From assembly GCA_030141605.1 (NCBI GenBank), contig JAQGDQ010001107.1:1-62198 (forward strand): a DNA stretch of 62,198 bases, written 5' to 3'. The first letter of the stretch is position 1. The number at the start of each line of letters is the position of its first letter. The stretch comes from Tubiluchus corallicola (taxonomy: Eukaryota > Animalia > Priapulida). The translations under genes were made by a program, and so were the position numbers. The notes beneath the pieces were generated by a model. That model was not told the origin of the DNA, made no database searches, and saw only the letters and a list, made by a program, of their open reading frames with translations. Positions 12,255 through 25,655 of this stretch are shown in pieces.

Positions 12255-13296
12255 TTAACTAGAAACTATTAGTATCAATTGTATCTTTAGTCACGTGATC
12301 CATGGTATTACCGAGTTAGAATTTAGTTACTTTCTCATCTGCTTTTCTATTTTCTTTGGTTTTTATACACAGAAATCTTAGCAAACTGCACCTGTCCCTA
12401 GCTTTCCTCCCACACAGCGCGTCTTACACACATACGCCTACTTTCAAAGAAAAAAAATCTCGATAATAAGGCCTCGTTGCGCATTAATTTAATGCGTCCC
12501 TATTGTGTTGCTATAGCTGGCCTAATTTCCCCCCCTACAATACGATAATATGTTTATAAAGCGATTGATAGTTGTGAAGATTGTTGATGCATTCTTATCT
12601 AACGATGCCTATTAACTGGGTCAGTTAAATTACACTTGATTACAACGCCAAGGTGTTTTGATGCCTCAAGCTGGAAATGTTTGAAATTATCTGATCATCT
12701 CACAGCTACACGCAAAATCTACAAAGACTTGCTTTTATATTTTAACGTGTTTTTTATTTTTTCTCTTAATTCTTGTGAACTTAGTCACCAGCTAACTAAT
12801 AAGCCTGTTAGTCAGTTTTCTTCTTTTGTCTATTTAATTTGGATGGGTGTGGAAGGACTGAAGCCTATCCCATTGTCAATCATAATGCTACTGTATAGGC
12901 CTTTGAAATTAAATAGGTGGAAAGCAGCCGCAATTAGGCTCATGCACAACTTTAGTCGGTGATGTTAACAACATGAACATGAACATGAACATTAACAACA
13001 TGAACAATGCTGCAAATGAAAACGTCTAAAGACAGGTTTATAACTGGTCACTCCTTCATTTACTGATCAGATTCAATGCTGTATTTGTTCGCTTTTCCTT
13101 TTTCTGGTGTATCTGTTTATTGTGCTTTTCCTTTTGCTCATGTAGTCGTGTGTTTTGTCGTCTCTTTTCACTCATTCATTTACGTTCATTTACGTTCATT
13201 TACGTTCATTTACGTTCAGTCTTTTTTGCTGTTTATTTGTTACTGGTTGTCTTTATTTACTTACTTATTAATTTGATGGTTTGACTGCCTGTTACA

Positions 13297-13490
13297 TTGT
13301 TTGTTTGTTTATTTGGTTGTTTGTTTGTTTGTTTGTTTGTTTGTTTGTTTGTTTGTTTGTTTGTTTGTTTGTTTGTTTGTTTGTTTGTTTGTTTGTTTGT
13401 TTGTTTGTGTGTGTATGTATGTATGTATGTATGTATGTTTGTTTGTTCGTTTGTTTGTTTGTCTGCTTGTTTGTTTGTTTGTTTGCTTGC
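13297..13490. repeat. (TTTG)n/(TATG)n microsatellite
   Basis: Direct reading. Confidence 0.95.
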
Positions 13491-14547
13491 ATCCTCGTCC
13501 GTTTTTTCTGTTTGCTTTCTTGCACGGTTATTTTCTTGCTCATTCGTTTACTTATTTCTTTGTCCGTCAACTCACTCATTCCTTATTTCCTTCATTTGTT
13601 TGTTTTCTTGTTCGCTCATTTTCTTGCTTGTTTTTTCTTTCCTCCGTTTTTTCATTCTTTTAGTTAAAATTTATGTGAACCAGTGACGTAATGTTAAGAA
13701 ATTTGTGAGAAATTTGTGTTACTGGTTTGCGATGCAATTTTATAAACAAATCTGTTTATCCACTTTTTATATTGTGACGTCACGCTAGAACCACTGCCCT
13801 TTCTAAATGTTTACGATAAAACGGATTCTACGACAACGCTAAATGACGTTCTAAATACCATATTCACGAAATGGATTCACCACGACAATAATATAAGGCG
13901 TGAAACGACTCATATAGGCAGTTGGACGGGGAAACTTAATAAGCGTATAACTCAATGCTTCGCATTCCTGACTAGTTCGTCTCCGCATTACACAGAAGGG
14001 TCAAGAATGCGGCGGTCATCCTTGGCCCTCCGCCTTGCAGCTAAAGACGATTATTATAACAATAAAGTAATTATATGATGAAAGTAAATATGATAATCTA
14101 TAGACAGCAAAGCAAAGCACAGATCAATCCGCGGAACTCTTTCAAGTTATTTACACTGAGAATAAGTTACACGGTTCTCTTTGTTGTGGATAATAAGAAA
14201 GTTCTTTCCCGGCAAAGCAATCATTTAGAACATATTAGGTTTTGGTTTGTTGCTAGTGGGAGAATGGGGTAAAAAAGTTGACTTTATAATTGGAACGGTT
14301 GTGTTGCTGTAAGTTTGAAAAACACGAGGAACTAATTATGCGGAAAGAAGCTAATTAGACGGTGACGTCACGGCTTTTTTTGTTAGGTAAATCGGTAGTT
14401 TATTTTCAAGACTAAGTTGATGACCATGTTTATAAACTAAAGCTGCGTTCATACCAGCAGAACTGCAACACAAGAGTGCGTTAACCGCAAGCTTCCTGTT
14501 TCCCAACCTCATGAAATTTAGTTGAAATCAGACATACAGATAAAGTC

Positions 14548-15350
14548 ACCTACCTACCTACTTACCAACCTACCTACCTACCTGCCTAACTACCTACCTA
14601 CCTACCTACCTACCTACCTACCTACCTAACTACCTACTTACCTACCTACCTACCTACCTACCTACCTACCTACCTACCTACCTACCTACCTACCTACCTA
14701 CCTACCTACCTACTTACCTACCTACCTACCTACCTACCTACCTACCTACCTACCTACCTACCTACCTACCTACTTACCTACCTACCTACCTACCTACCTA
14801 CCTACCTACCTACCTACCTACCTACCTACCTACCTACCTACTTAATTACTTACCTACCCAACTACCTACCTACCCAACTACCTACCTACCTAACTACCTA
14901 CTGACGTGCCAACCTGCCTACTTACCTACCTACCTACTTACCTACCTACCTACCTACCTACCTACCTACCTACCTACCTACCTACCTACCTACCTACCTA
15001 CCTACCTACCTACTTACCTACCTATCTACCTACCTATCTACCTACCTACCTACCTACCTACCTACCTACGTATCTACCTAATTACCTACCTACCTACCTA
15101 CTACCTACCTACTTACCTACCTACTACCTACCTACCTACCTAATTACCTACCTACCTACCTACCTACTTACCTACCTACCTACCTACCTACCTACCTACC
15201 TACCTACCTACCTACCTACCTACCTACCTACCTACCTACCTACCTACCTACCTACCTACCTTCCTACCTACCTACTTAATTACTTACCTACCCAACTACC
15301 TACCTACCTAACTACCTACTGACGTGCCAACCTGCCTACTTACTTACCTC
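14548..15350. repeat. (CCTA)n microsatellite with a ~418-bp higher-order duplication
   Basis: The interruption CTGACGTGCCAACCTGCC occurs at 14901 and 15319. Confidence 0.93.
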
Positions 15351-16089
15351 TCAACTTCCCTACCTATTCAGTTTTAAAAGATGCGTCACAGAACTCACTT
15401 GTTATAGCAGTTTGTAGACCTTTGTTTAAAATTATATAATCTGCTAGTAACATAATAATAATTTCGAACTAATTATTTTGACTTTTTAGTATATGTATAA
15501 ATGACAAATATCTAAATGTATTTAATACGTAAATTAAGTAAATTACTACGTCATTTTAACTCGTTTTTAAGTCAATGTTACATTCGATTTTGCCAGTTTT
15601 GGAATTTGAGTGCCGCTTGAGAAATTCTTGTCTGGTGAAATGATAAAAGCTGAAAACCAACCCTCGAGCAAAAACAAAATGGTTGAAAGTAACTCTTTAT
15701 GTACCTATCAGTTTGATTATAGTGAAGAGACGAGGTAGACAATAATTAAATAAGATGATACTTTATTAGACTTGGTATGAGAGATATAGATAAAGCATTC
15801 ATCTGCACCTGTTACAATACGTTCTACATGGTACAACTTAGGAATCAGGAATTAGTGTTAGAAGTATTGAAAAGTGGTAGTATTTCAATTAAAGGGTATT
15901 AGTTTTATGACAAGACACCTTTTTTAAAAGGTTTAGTAAAATGTTGTACAAAGCTGAGAATCGAGAGAAATTTTTGCTTCATTCATTTGTAATTTGAGTT
16001 TAATTAATTGTAATTTATTCATTTATTTTCCTACCTCAATCGTTTATTCACTCATGTAGTTATCTTTCTCTCTTTTTCCTTTCTTTTTC

Positions 16090-16174
16090 TTTCTTTTTTG
16101 TCCTTTTTCCTTTCTTTCTTTTTTCTGTTTTTGTTCATTCATTCATTTATTCGTTCGGTTATTCATTCATTCAT

Positions 16175-16238
<64 letters not shown>

Positions 16239-16260
16239 TCCTTTTTTCTTCCTTTTTTCA
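16090..16260. repeat. (CTTT)n/(ATTC)n microsatellite
   Basis: Direct reading. Confidence 0.9.
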
Positions 16261-17007
16261 TTTATTTGTTTACAGTTTTATTTTATTTGTTGGTTTTTGC
16301 ATATTTATTCAATCGAGTGGTTTTTGTGTTTGTTCGTTTGTCCGTTCTTTCGTCTATGTAAACGCAGTTTGTTCATTCATTTATTATTTTATTTATTTAT
16401 TATTTATATATCATTTATTTTTATCATTTTTATTATTTATTTATTGATTATTGCATTTATTTTTGACTATAAATATGCATAATACCGTTAAATATCGTGC
16501 ACATATTTAAATGAAAAGCCGTCTGTAAAGTTAGAGACTCATTTCAACGTTTGCGAAAATAATTAACTGCAATGTAATTACTCCTGTAATTAGTGAAATC
16601 ACTTCAAAGCCCCCATTTTAGTTGCACGTTCTTCCACCAATGACGTCATCCATCGACGGTAGAAAAGCGGCACTCTGTCATTGTCGTGCGCCGCTCATGG
16701 AGCTTTACAATAAAGTAAATTTCATCGTAAAATGACTTACGTATAGCGTAAAAACAATAATTAGCCAGGTCAATAAAGAAGAGAAATGTAAAGTGTATCA
16801 TATTCAATAATAAATCACAGTTTTTAAGCCTGTACGGTGCGTCAAAACATGTTAAGAATTTGCACATTTTAAGCCATAGTTGTTGTATATATAGTAAGAG
16901 GCCAATTTTTCTATTACAACGCGTTTTGTCCCAAGATTAGAACAATCTTTCTTCACTCTTAAACCTACAATATGCTGTTCCTCGTGATTTTTTATGATTC
17001 TTATTAA

Positions 17008-17965
17008 TGTACACTGGGATAGCAATGCAGTGATGCACACTGGGATAGCAATGCAGTGATGCACACTGGGATAGCAATGCAGTGATGCACACTGGGATAG
17101 CAATGCAGTGATGCACACTGGGATAGCAATGCAGTGATGCACACTGGGATAGCAATGCAATGATGCACACTGGGATAGCAATGCAGTGATGCACACTGGG
17201 ATAGCAATGCAATGATGCACACTGGGATAGCAATGCAGTGATGCACACTGGGATAGCAATGCAGTGACGCACACTGGGATAGCAATGCAGTGACGCACAC
17301 TGGGATAGCAATGCAGTGATGCACACTGGGATAGCAATGCAGTGATGCACACTGGGATAGCAATGCAGTGATGCACACTGGGCTGGCAATGCAGTGATGC
17401 ACACTGGGATAGCAATGCAGTGATGCACACTGGGATAGCAATGCAGTGATGCACACTGGGATGGCAATGCAGTGATGCACACTGGGATGGCAATGCAGTG
17501 ATGCACACTGGGATAGCAATGCAGTGATGCACACTGGGATAGCAAGGCAGTGATGCACACTGGGATGGCAATGCGGTGATGCACACTGGGATGGCAATGC
17601 AGTGACGCACACTGGGATAGCAATGCAGTGATGCACACTGGGATAGCAATGCAGTGATGCACACTGGGATAGCAATGTAGTGATGCACACTGGGATAGCA
17701 ATGCAGTGATGCACACTGGGATAGCAATGCAGTGATGCACACTGGGATAGCAATGTAGTGATGCACACTGGGATAGCAATGCAGTGATGCACACTGGGAT
17801 AGCAAGGCAGTGATGCACACTGGGATAGCAATGTAGTGATGCACACTGGGATAGCAATGTAGTGATGCACACTGGGATAGCAATGCAGTGATGCACACTG
17901 GGATAGCAATGCAGTGATGCACACTGGGATAGCAATGCAGTGATGCACACTGGGATAGCAATGCA
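17008..17965. repeat. 26-bp minisatellite GCACACTGGGATAGCAATGCAGTGAT, ~37 copies
   Basis: Direct reading; contains the same core as the 18-bp arrays. Confidence 0.97.
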
Positions 17966-18664
17966 TTTTTACCAGTTGGCGCGAATATTTTAAATTGTTA
18001 AGAAGTTTCTTTTCCGATTACGTAAGTCTGTCAAAAAGTTAAGCGTGATGCAAAACAATATAATTTTGTATAGAAATTTTTCAAGGCATATTTTAAAATT
18101 CCTTTTCTTCACGTGTAAAATTAGAATTTATAGGTCAAATTCGAGCATAAACTTACTTATTTATGCAGAAAAGATTTTGCTATTTCTGGTTGAAAATTAT
18201 CTAAAGTTTGTATCATAAACGAATTCCTGTCGAGTGCGCCTAACCGCCCAGATTTCTTAGTGAAGTTTATACAACGATCAGCTTGTACCAGCTTTCAGTA
18301 TTACATCTGTCCGTTAGCTTACAGCCATAATGATTTCACGCTTGTCTTAACCATCAAGCTTACTGTCGCCATCAGTTATGTGGCTCAGATTTAAGCAGTT
18401 TAACACATTACACCTGGCAAAATAACCCTTTGTCTGCTCACAATGAACACAACCTAACTCAGGTAATAACAAGCTGTTCAGTGAAAATGCTTAGACAAAA
18501 ACGACTAAATGCTGAAATGAGTTTCAAAGATTTGCTGTCGGTTTAAGTTAAGATCCATTTTGGTAAATAAGCGCCCCTTGACCTTCGAGAAAACACAACC
18601 CTTTGGCAACGTATTGAGACAGATTGACGGGCATCAGAAGTGCTATTCCTAAAAACCCGCGAAA

Positions 18665-19165
18665 AGGAAAGGAAAGAAGAGAAGAGGAGAGAAGAGAAGA
18701 GAAGAGAGAACAAGAGAAGAGAAGAGAAGCGAAGAGAAGAAAATAGAAGAGGTGAGAAGAGAAGAGAAGAGAAGAGAAGAGAAGAGAAGAGAAGAGAAGA
18801 GAAGAGAAGAGAAGAGAAGAGAAGAGAAGAGAAGAGAAGAGAAGAGAAGAGAAGAGAAGAGAAGAGAAGAGAAGAGACGAGAAGAGAAGAGAAGCGAAGC
18901 GAATAGAAGAGACGAGAAGAGAAGAGAAGAGAAGAGAAGAAAAGAGAAGCGAAGAGAAGAAAATAGAATAGAAGAGACGAGACGAGAAGAGAAGAGAAGA
19001 GAAGAGAAGAGAAGAGAAGAGAAGAGAAGAGAAGAGAAGAGAAGAGAAGAGAAGAGAAGAGAAGAGAAGAGAAGAGAAGTGAAGAGAAGAAAATAGAAGA
19101 GAAGAGACAAGAAGAGAAAAGAAGAGAAGAGAAGAGAAAAAGAGAAGAGAAGAGAAGACAAAAGA
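18665..19165. repeat. (GAAGA)n microsatellite
   Basis: Direct reading. Confidence 0.95.
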
Positions 19166-19557
19166 AGAGAATTATGCATCGGTATGTAGTTTTGCTAGAG
19201 TTCCGTTCATTCTTACTTGCATTTTGGTTCAGTAACTGATATTGTGGGCAGAGCTTTACTAAAAACAAAAATAACACGCCAAAATTTAAATAACATTCGT
19301 ACGTGAGCTCTATACAAGCATGCAAAGTGGAAGCAGCAGTCGAGTGATTGGCCAACAAATGTAGTGCAAACATTTTTTGGTCTGGTGCCAAATTGCCTTT
19401 TTGAATAAAATGCCACCACCACTACAGTGTACAGTGTTCGCGGTATTTTTACAAATATTAATTTTTGCAAATTATGAAGAACGAAAAACTACTAATTCAC
19501 AAAAAAACTAAAAAAAGAGAGCGTTTTTTATGGGCTGCACGACCCACATGGCAAGTG

Positions 19558-19747
19558 CCCAACGGTTTGGAACCAAATGTATGCAACACCTTACCACCCA
19601 ATGTATGCAACACTTTGCCACCAAATGTATGCAACACTTTGCCACCAAATGTATGAAACACTTTTGCCACCCAATGTATGCAACACCTTACCACCCAGTG
19701 TATGCAACACTTTGGAACCAAATGTATGCGTCACCGTGCCACCCAAT
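19558..19747. repeat. 24-bp minisatellite TGCAACACTTTGCCACCAAATGTA, ~8 copies
   Basis: Direct reading. Confidence 0.85.
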
Positions 19748-20499
19748 AATCTATAATTCCAAAACAGTAAACGGTAAACCTTATATTAATTATTATCATA
19801 GAGCAGCATTGTAATTATAATGCATGTTGTTAACAATGGCTTAAGCTTATTTTAAACATGACCCCCTCCCCTCCCCTTCCGGTGCAGACAGGGCTACCCA
19901 ACCCATACAGGAGGTCCTCCACGTGGTAGGGTACATCGCCAAACACCAGCATGCAACCAAACGTAATCCGACCAGCTTCCTAATCCCCATGGTAATTCAA
20001 CTAGCTCAGCGTGTCCCATCCTGCTGTGTTTTCTTTCCAAATAAACTCGCCAAATCTTCACTGAATGTAAAAAGTCAACGAATGGAATTTAATAATTCAA
20101 CAAAACTTTCGTTCTGCTTGTTTCCATTCCAGTTCGTAGCTTGCTGATTTGTTTACGTAAACCCGCAATTAGAAAATCGTAGTAGACATAGGTATATCTA
20201 TGACCTGCCAATCATAGATATGAACCAGAGAACCATGGGTGGCATTCTGTATTTTTAAGTAATCTTCGATTAAACAAATTCACCCACGGATACGCTGCTT
20301 TGCCACTGTTTAGCAAAAACAAAGATCAATATTTATTTTCATTTTTGCACCTGTATCAAAAATATTTCTTTACAGCCGGACCCTAAAAAGTAAACATTGC
20401 AACTGTTTTTGTAGCATTTCACAGCCAGTAACTTTAATGCAGTCTACATATACCATAATGATCTAGTTTTGAAATTATTATTTTAATAGCCCTCGTTTC

Positions 20500-20632
20500 T
20501 TATAAGTCATAAGTCATTTATTTCACATTACACATTTACAATAGTTTCATGTACAATATCTAGTGAAAGGGCCTACAATGAACATAATACAAATAAGAAA
20601 TACTGCACAGGAAAAGCCTCAAACACTGCTCA
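20500..20632 (-). mobile_element. Dispersed repeat, probable LINE 3' end (partner ~59600-59725, +)
   Basis: Reverse complement of 59603-59723, which ends in GAAATAAATG followed by an (AATTG)n-like tail. Confidence 0.6.
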
Positions 20633-21620
20633 ATGTGACAACAAATAACTTTACTTATGTCACTATGATTTTTCACTATGACTAAATTCTGGGCTGTTCT
20701 ATTTCATTAGCTTAACTTTTATACGCTAAATGTTTTGGGAGATTTTATGGTAATTGTCTTACTTAATTATAACTCATTTGACTATAGCAAAACGCCCAGC
20801 TGCACAATAGTTCATGTTTTTCACGAAAAGTACATTACGTGACAATAAGAAATTCAAAAGTAATGTTTGTTGTTATTTCCAATGTTACATAATCTATACA
20901 CACTCAAATTTAGCAATCTCAGATTTGCATTAAACGAACTTATCAAAGCGAATATTAAATTTATAAAATTTTGTAACCCATTTTTCGAGTTGTTTAAGTT
21001 TTACACATGAAAAATAATTTCAATAACTAAAAGCGCATATGATTTTTCTAGAAACAGTATGCCGTATATTAATTCTTTATTTGTCATTAAAATGTTTCAC
21101 TCATTATAATAAAATTGAGTAAGCCTCAGCGTAATGTTAAAATAACAACACTGTTTAAGACAAATGCGTCCAGTGCTGACTAAAAAACTAAAGTGCAAAA
21201 CTAAGGCCTAATTATATACAATAAATGAACATATTTACAAACACCATATTAAAATATTTTTACAAAACAATATTACAAAAGTACATTAATTTTACATGAC
21301 ATATTTTACACTATATATGCATTTGACATGACACAATTAACAGAAACATGCTTTACATTACATAAATTTCACTCATTACATTTACACTATTTATACAATG
21401 AGTGAAATTGAAACTTCTTTCACAGTATTAAAGTTATAATTACTTACAACAAAACTTATAGTTAAAGTTCTTTCTAAAAAGCGTGTTAAGCTGTTGAAAT
21501 GTTGACTAAGAACTCCCAAGGAAAAATCCCTGACTTTTCTTTAATCAGCTAATGAATGGTGTAAAAGTCAGATGTGAAATCCTATCAGATGACACGCAAG
21601 TTTTATTGATTTTTCTGCTT

Positions 21621-22057
21621 AATTTCATTCAGTACAACAAAACAATTGTTCCTCACACCGGTGGCTGGCAAAGCCTCACGTCCATCAAATTTACTGTGGA
21701 TGGAGTTTTATTAAAAGCGAAATTTCATTCAGTACAACAAAACAATTGTTCCTCATACCGGTGGTTGGCAAAGCCTCACGTCCATCAAATTTATTGTGGA
21801 TGGAGTTTTATTAAAAGCGGAATTTTTGGTCCAAACGAGGGAGTAAACTCGTGAAAACACGCAAGCTATCATGCCCGAGTGCTGTCTACTAAAGAAATTG
21901 ATTTATATTATTGATTCCTTCACTGCATTGACTTGCTTTACGTGAAAATTTAAATACAGTTTTCATGCATTGACTTGCTTTACGTGAAAATTTAAATACA
22001 GTTTTCATGCATTGACTTGCTGTACGTGAAATTTTAAATACAGTTTTCATACATTGA
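21621..22057. repeat. 100-bp tandem duplication (21621-21820) and 42-bp triplication (21925-22057)
   Basis: Direct reading. Confidence 0.85.
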
Positions 22058-22394
22058 TTAGTGTGCAGATGTCATTAAAATCAGGTTTTTAGTGTTGCAA
22101 GAAGCAGAGTTAAATTGCTGGTTTTCAGCTGAACTTTCTACATGCTCTGCTAGTTGGTAGACAATAAGTTATTCAAACATGAGCCAATTTACAGATAACC
22201 AACAACAGTACAGCGACAGCTACAATGCCTAGATACAGTAGCTCTCAAATAATTATATATAAAATATTATAGTATTTGAATTTGTGTAACGTCAACAACT
22301 TTCAAGTTTTGACTTCAATTTTGTGTTTTATATATATATTTTAATACTATATACATATAGTACATATACTATACATATATATATAATATATATG

Positions 22395-23160
22395 TATGAA
22401 TGAATTTATTCCACAGCAACTCAAACATACATATAAATTGATAACATTGAAAAAAAACTATGCGAGTTACTGTAAGGAGGGGGAAGGAGCATTTAGCTTT
22501 CGAGTCCTCCTCCAGATAAGTGAAACAATTGACAATTAACATTACATTTTCATCAGTTGTAACGTACATTAGAACAAAATAAGTTTTGTTAGTAACTTAA
22601 GATCAGGATGAGTAAAATTGTGAGTTAATTATACCGTTGTAGTAGGTAATTCTTTGATGCTTTTTTAAATTGATAAAGATTAAGAGTTTTCATTTCACGC
22701 GGAATTGATGACCATATATTAATAGCATTATATTTAGATGACTGTTTGATTATATTTGTTTTTGGAAGAGGGAGTACATATTTTCCGACTGAATATCTTG
22801 TGTAATGATCATGTTGATTTGAAACTGAACTAAAGTATGACTGAAAAGCTGGTGGAAGTTGTGAAATATGATACTGATACATGAAATGAAGACAATACAT
22901 GTCATGTATTTCTTTCACACTAAGAGTTTTAACAGACAAGTAAATTATATTTGTGGGATGGTATATTAGTTTGAGAATTTTGTTCTGTGTAAGTTGTAAA
23001 GCTTCCAGATTACTTTTATATACACCACCCCAAGACATGACGCCATATATTAGATATGTGTAGACTAAACTGTAATAGATTTTCATCAATGTTTCTCTAT
23101 TAACAAACTTGCGTAATTTATAGATGATTCCCAAGGTTGTTATTATTTTAGAGCTACTGT
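22395..23160 (-). mobile_element. 5'-truncated L2/CR1-group LINE: ORF2 C-terminus plus 3' UTR
   Basis: ORF 22625-23176 has LGIIYKLR..LMKIYYSLV..YLIYG..SWG..LQLTQNKILK..HDHYTR..NIWSSIP, typical post-RT motifs of this group. It is followed by a GGAGGAG..TCCTCCTCC stem-loop, AATAAA and an (ATTC) tail. Confidence 0.85.
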
Positions 23161-23725
23161 TTTTCAAATTTGACACAAAATTGAAGTCAAAACTTGGAAG
23201 TTGTTGACGTTACACAAATTCAAACACTATAATGTGCAAGACCATGGCATTCACCAACTAATGACCAGTGATGCACGAACACGCCACGTAGTGTGCAGTC
23301 AATAAGCTATATGGAAAAACTCGCTCGATCACGCTGATCACCAGTTATCGTCTCAGCAGCACGAATGTTGGACCATTTACCTGCTGTCTAGCAAAATCAT
23401 GTTTTCTGTACAAACATGGCATTTGGATACAAGTTGCTATTGTTTGGTGTTTGAACGAACCTTTAACGCCCCAGCGAGACAGGCATTAAGCTTTAAATTC
23501 AATATTTTCGATTTTATACGTAATGTGGTTGCCATTATTTTCATTGCAGATTTAAATTTTCGCGACTTGTTGGATTCTGAAGCAATTTTCGGATTAATTC
23601 GCCTGGTTTAATGGAGTTTGCATTTATGAGAAAAGTAGTCCGTATAGATTTGGAAATTTTAAACAAGCAGCAAACTAGAGCTTATTCGGCTAAAATTAAT
23701 AGTTTTTTTTGTTGACGTTATAGCC

Positions 23726-24112
23726 CAGGGGTGTGCAAACTGCGGGCCACTTGCGGCCCACCGAGGGATCTTGTGCGTCCCGCGAAGAGGTTTGTCAACG
23801 TAATGAAAGTGCAGCCCACGCAATCCAGCTGAAGTCTGCACCAATATCGCAAAGATAGTGCGGGTAGTTTCTTCCTCTAGATCGGATGTCATTAACCCTT
23901 ACAAGACCGTTGTCACTTAATGTCACTGTCTGACATGACGAAATATATGGTTTTTAATATAAATTTTAATAACTTCTAGAACAGTTACTTGAGTGTAGTA
24001 GTGCAGTAGTGATGATGTGCACAAATCGGATGCAAAAAAAAATCGTTATTAGGTCCTACTGTACTTGGCTCCTTGACCAAACTGCATGTGGCCCGCAGAA
24101 ATGTTTAATGTC
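23726..24112 (+). mobile_element. hAT (Charlie-like) MITE, right end missing
   Basis: Starts CAGGGGTGTGCAAA and aligns with the complete copy at 53565-54042. Confidence 0.75.
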
Positions 24113-24189
24113 AGATAATCCAGCTAGACCTTCATGTAAAATCCAAATAACACACTGATAAAAACCCAAACTAGGAACTCAAAAACTGG

Positions 24190-25655
24190 GACAATGTGCC
24201 CTACGCGTCACGTTGCATTTAGCAGACTTGTACTAGGAAGTCTCAGGAAGTAAACTGGGAGGTAGACTGTGGTTTCCTACACGTCACATTGCATTTAGCA
24301 GACTTGTACTAGGAAGTCTCAGGAAGTAAACTAGGAGGCAGACTGTGGTTCCCTACGCGTCACGTTGCATTTAGCAGACTTGTACTAGGAAGTTGAGAAG
24401 TAAAGTGGGGTAGACTGTGGTTCCTACACGTCACATTGCATTTAGCAGACTTGTACTAGGAAGTCTCGGGAAGTAAACTGGGAGACAGATTGTGGTTCCC
24501 TACGCGTCACGTTGCATTTAGCAGACTTGTACTAGGAAGTCTCAGGAAGTAAACTGGGAGGCAGACTGTGGTTCCCTACACGTCACGTTGCATTTAGCAG
24601 ACTTGTACTAGGAAGTCTCAGGAAGTAAACTGGGAACAGAGTGGTTACCTACACGCACTTTCATTAAGCAACTTGTACTAGGAAGTTTCAGAAAGTAAAC
24701 TGGGAGCAGATGTGGTTTCCTACACGTCACATTGCATTTAGCAGACTTGTACTAGGAAGTCTCAGGAAGTAAACTAGGAGGCAGACTGTGGTTTCCTACA
24801 CGTCACGTTGCATTTAGCAGACTTGTACTAGGAAGTCTCAGGAAGTAAACTGGGAGACAGATTGTGGTTTCCTACACGTCACATTGCATTTAGCAGACTT
24901 GTACTAGGAAGTGTCAGGAAGTAAACTGGGAGACAGACTGTGGTTTCCTACACGTCACATTGCATTTAGCAGACTTGTACTAGGAAGTCTCAGAAAGTAA
25001 ACTGGGAGGCAGATTGTGGTTTCCTACACGTCACATTGCATTTAGCAGACTTGTACTAGGAAGTCTCAGGAAGTAAACTGGGAGGCAGATTGTGGTTCCC
25101 TACACGTCACATTGCAATTAGCAGACTTGTACTAGGAAGTCTCAGGAAGTAAGCTGGAAGGCAGACTGTGGTTCCCTACACGTCACGTTGCATTTAGCAG
25201 ACTTGTACTAGGAAGTCTCAGGAAGTAAACTGGGAGACAGACTGTGGTTCCCTACACGTCACGTTGCATTAAGCAACTTGTACTAGGAAGTGTCAGAAAG
25301 TAAACTGGGAGGCAGATTGTGGTTTCCTACACGTCACGTTGCATTTAGCAGACTTGTACTAGGAAGTCTCAGGAAGTAAACTAGGAGGCAGACTGTGGTT
25401 TCCTACACGTCACGTTGCATTTAGCAGACTTGTACTAGGAAGTCTCAGGAAGTAAGCTGGAAGGCAGATTGTGGTTCCCTACACGTCACATTGCATTTAG
25501 CAGACTTGTACTAGGAAGTCTCAGGAAGTAAACTGGGAGACAGACTGTGGTTTCCTACACGTCACATTGCATTTAGCAGACTTGTACTAGGAAGCCTCAG
25601 GAAGTAAACTGGGAGGCAGACTGTGGTTTCCTACACGTCACGTTGCATCTAGCAT
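24190..25655. repeat. 76-bp minisatellite, ~19 copies
   Basis: Unit CAGACTTGTACTAGGAAGTCTCAGGAAGTAAACTGGGAGGCAGACTGTGGTTTCCTACACGTCACATTGCATTTAG. Confidence 0.95.

Noticed and set aside
13960-14035. Stem CGCATTCCTGAC/GTCAAGAATGCG overlapping a GGCGG/CCGCC hairpin as a possible ncRNA
   Set aside because: No recognisable family motif; short stems can arise by chance.
14548-15350. (CCTA)n as a telomeric repeat
   Set aside because: The unit is TAGG, not TTAGG/TTAGGG; an ordinary interstitial microsatellite.
24190-25655. CRISPR-like appearance of the regular arrays (76, 56, 35, 25 bp)
   Set aside because: Contiguous units without unique spacers, no cas genes, eukaryotic context.
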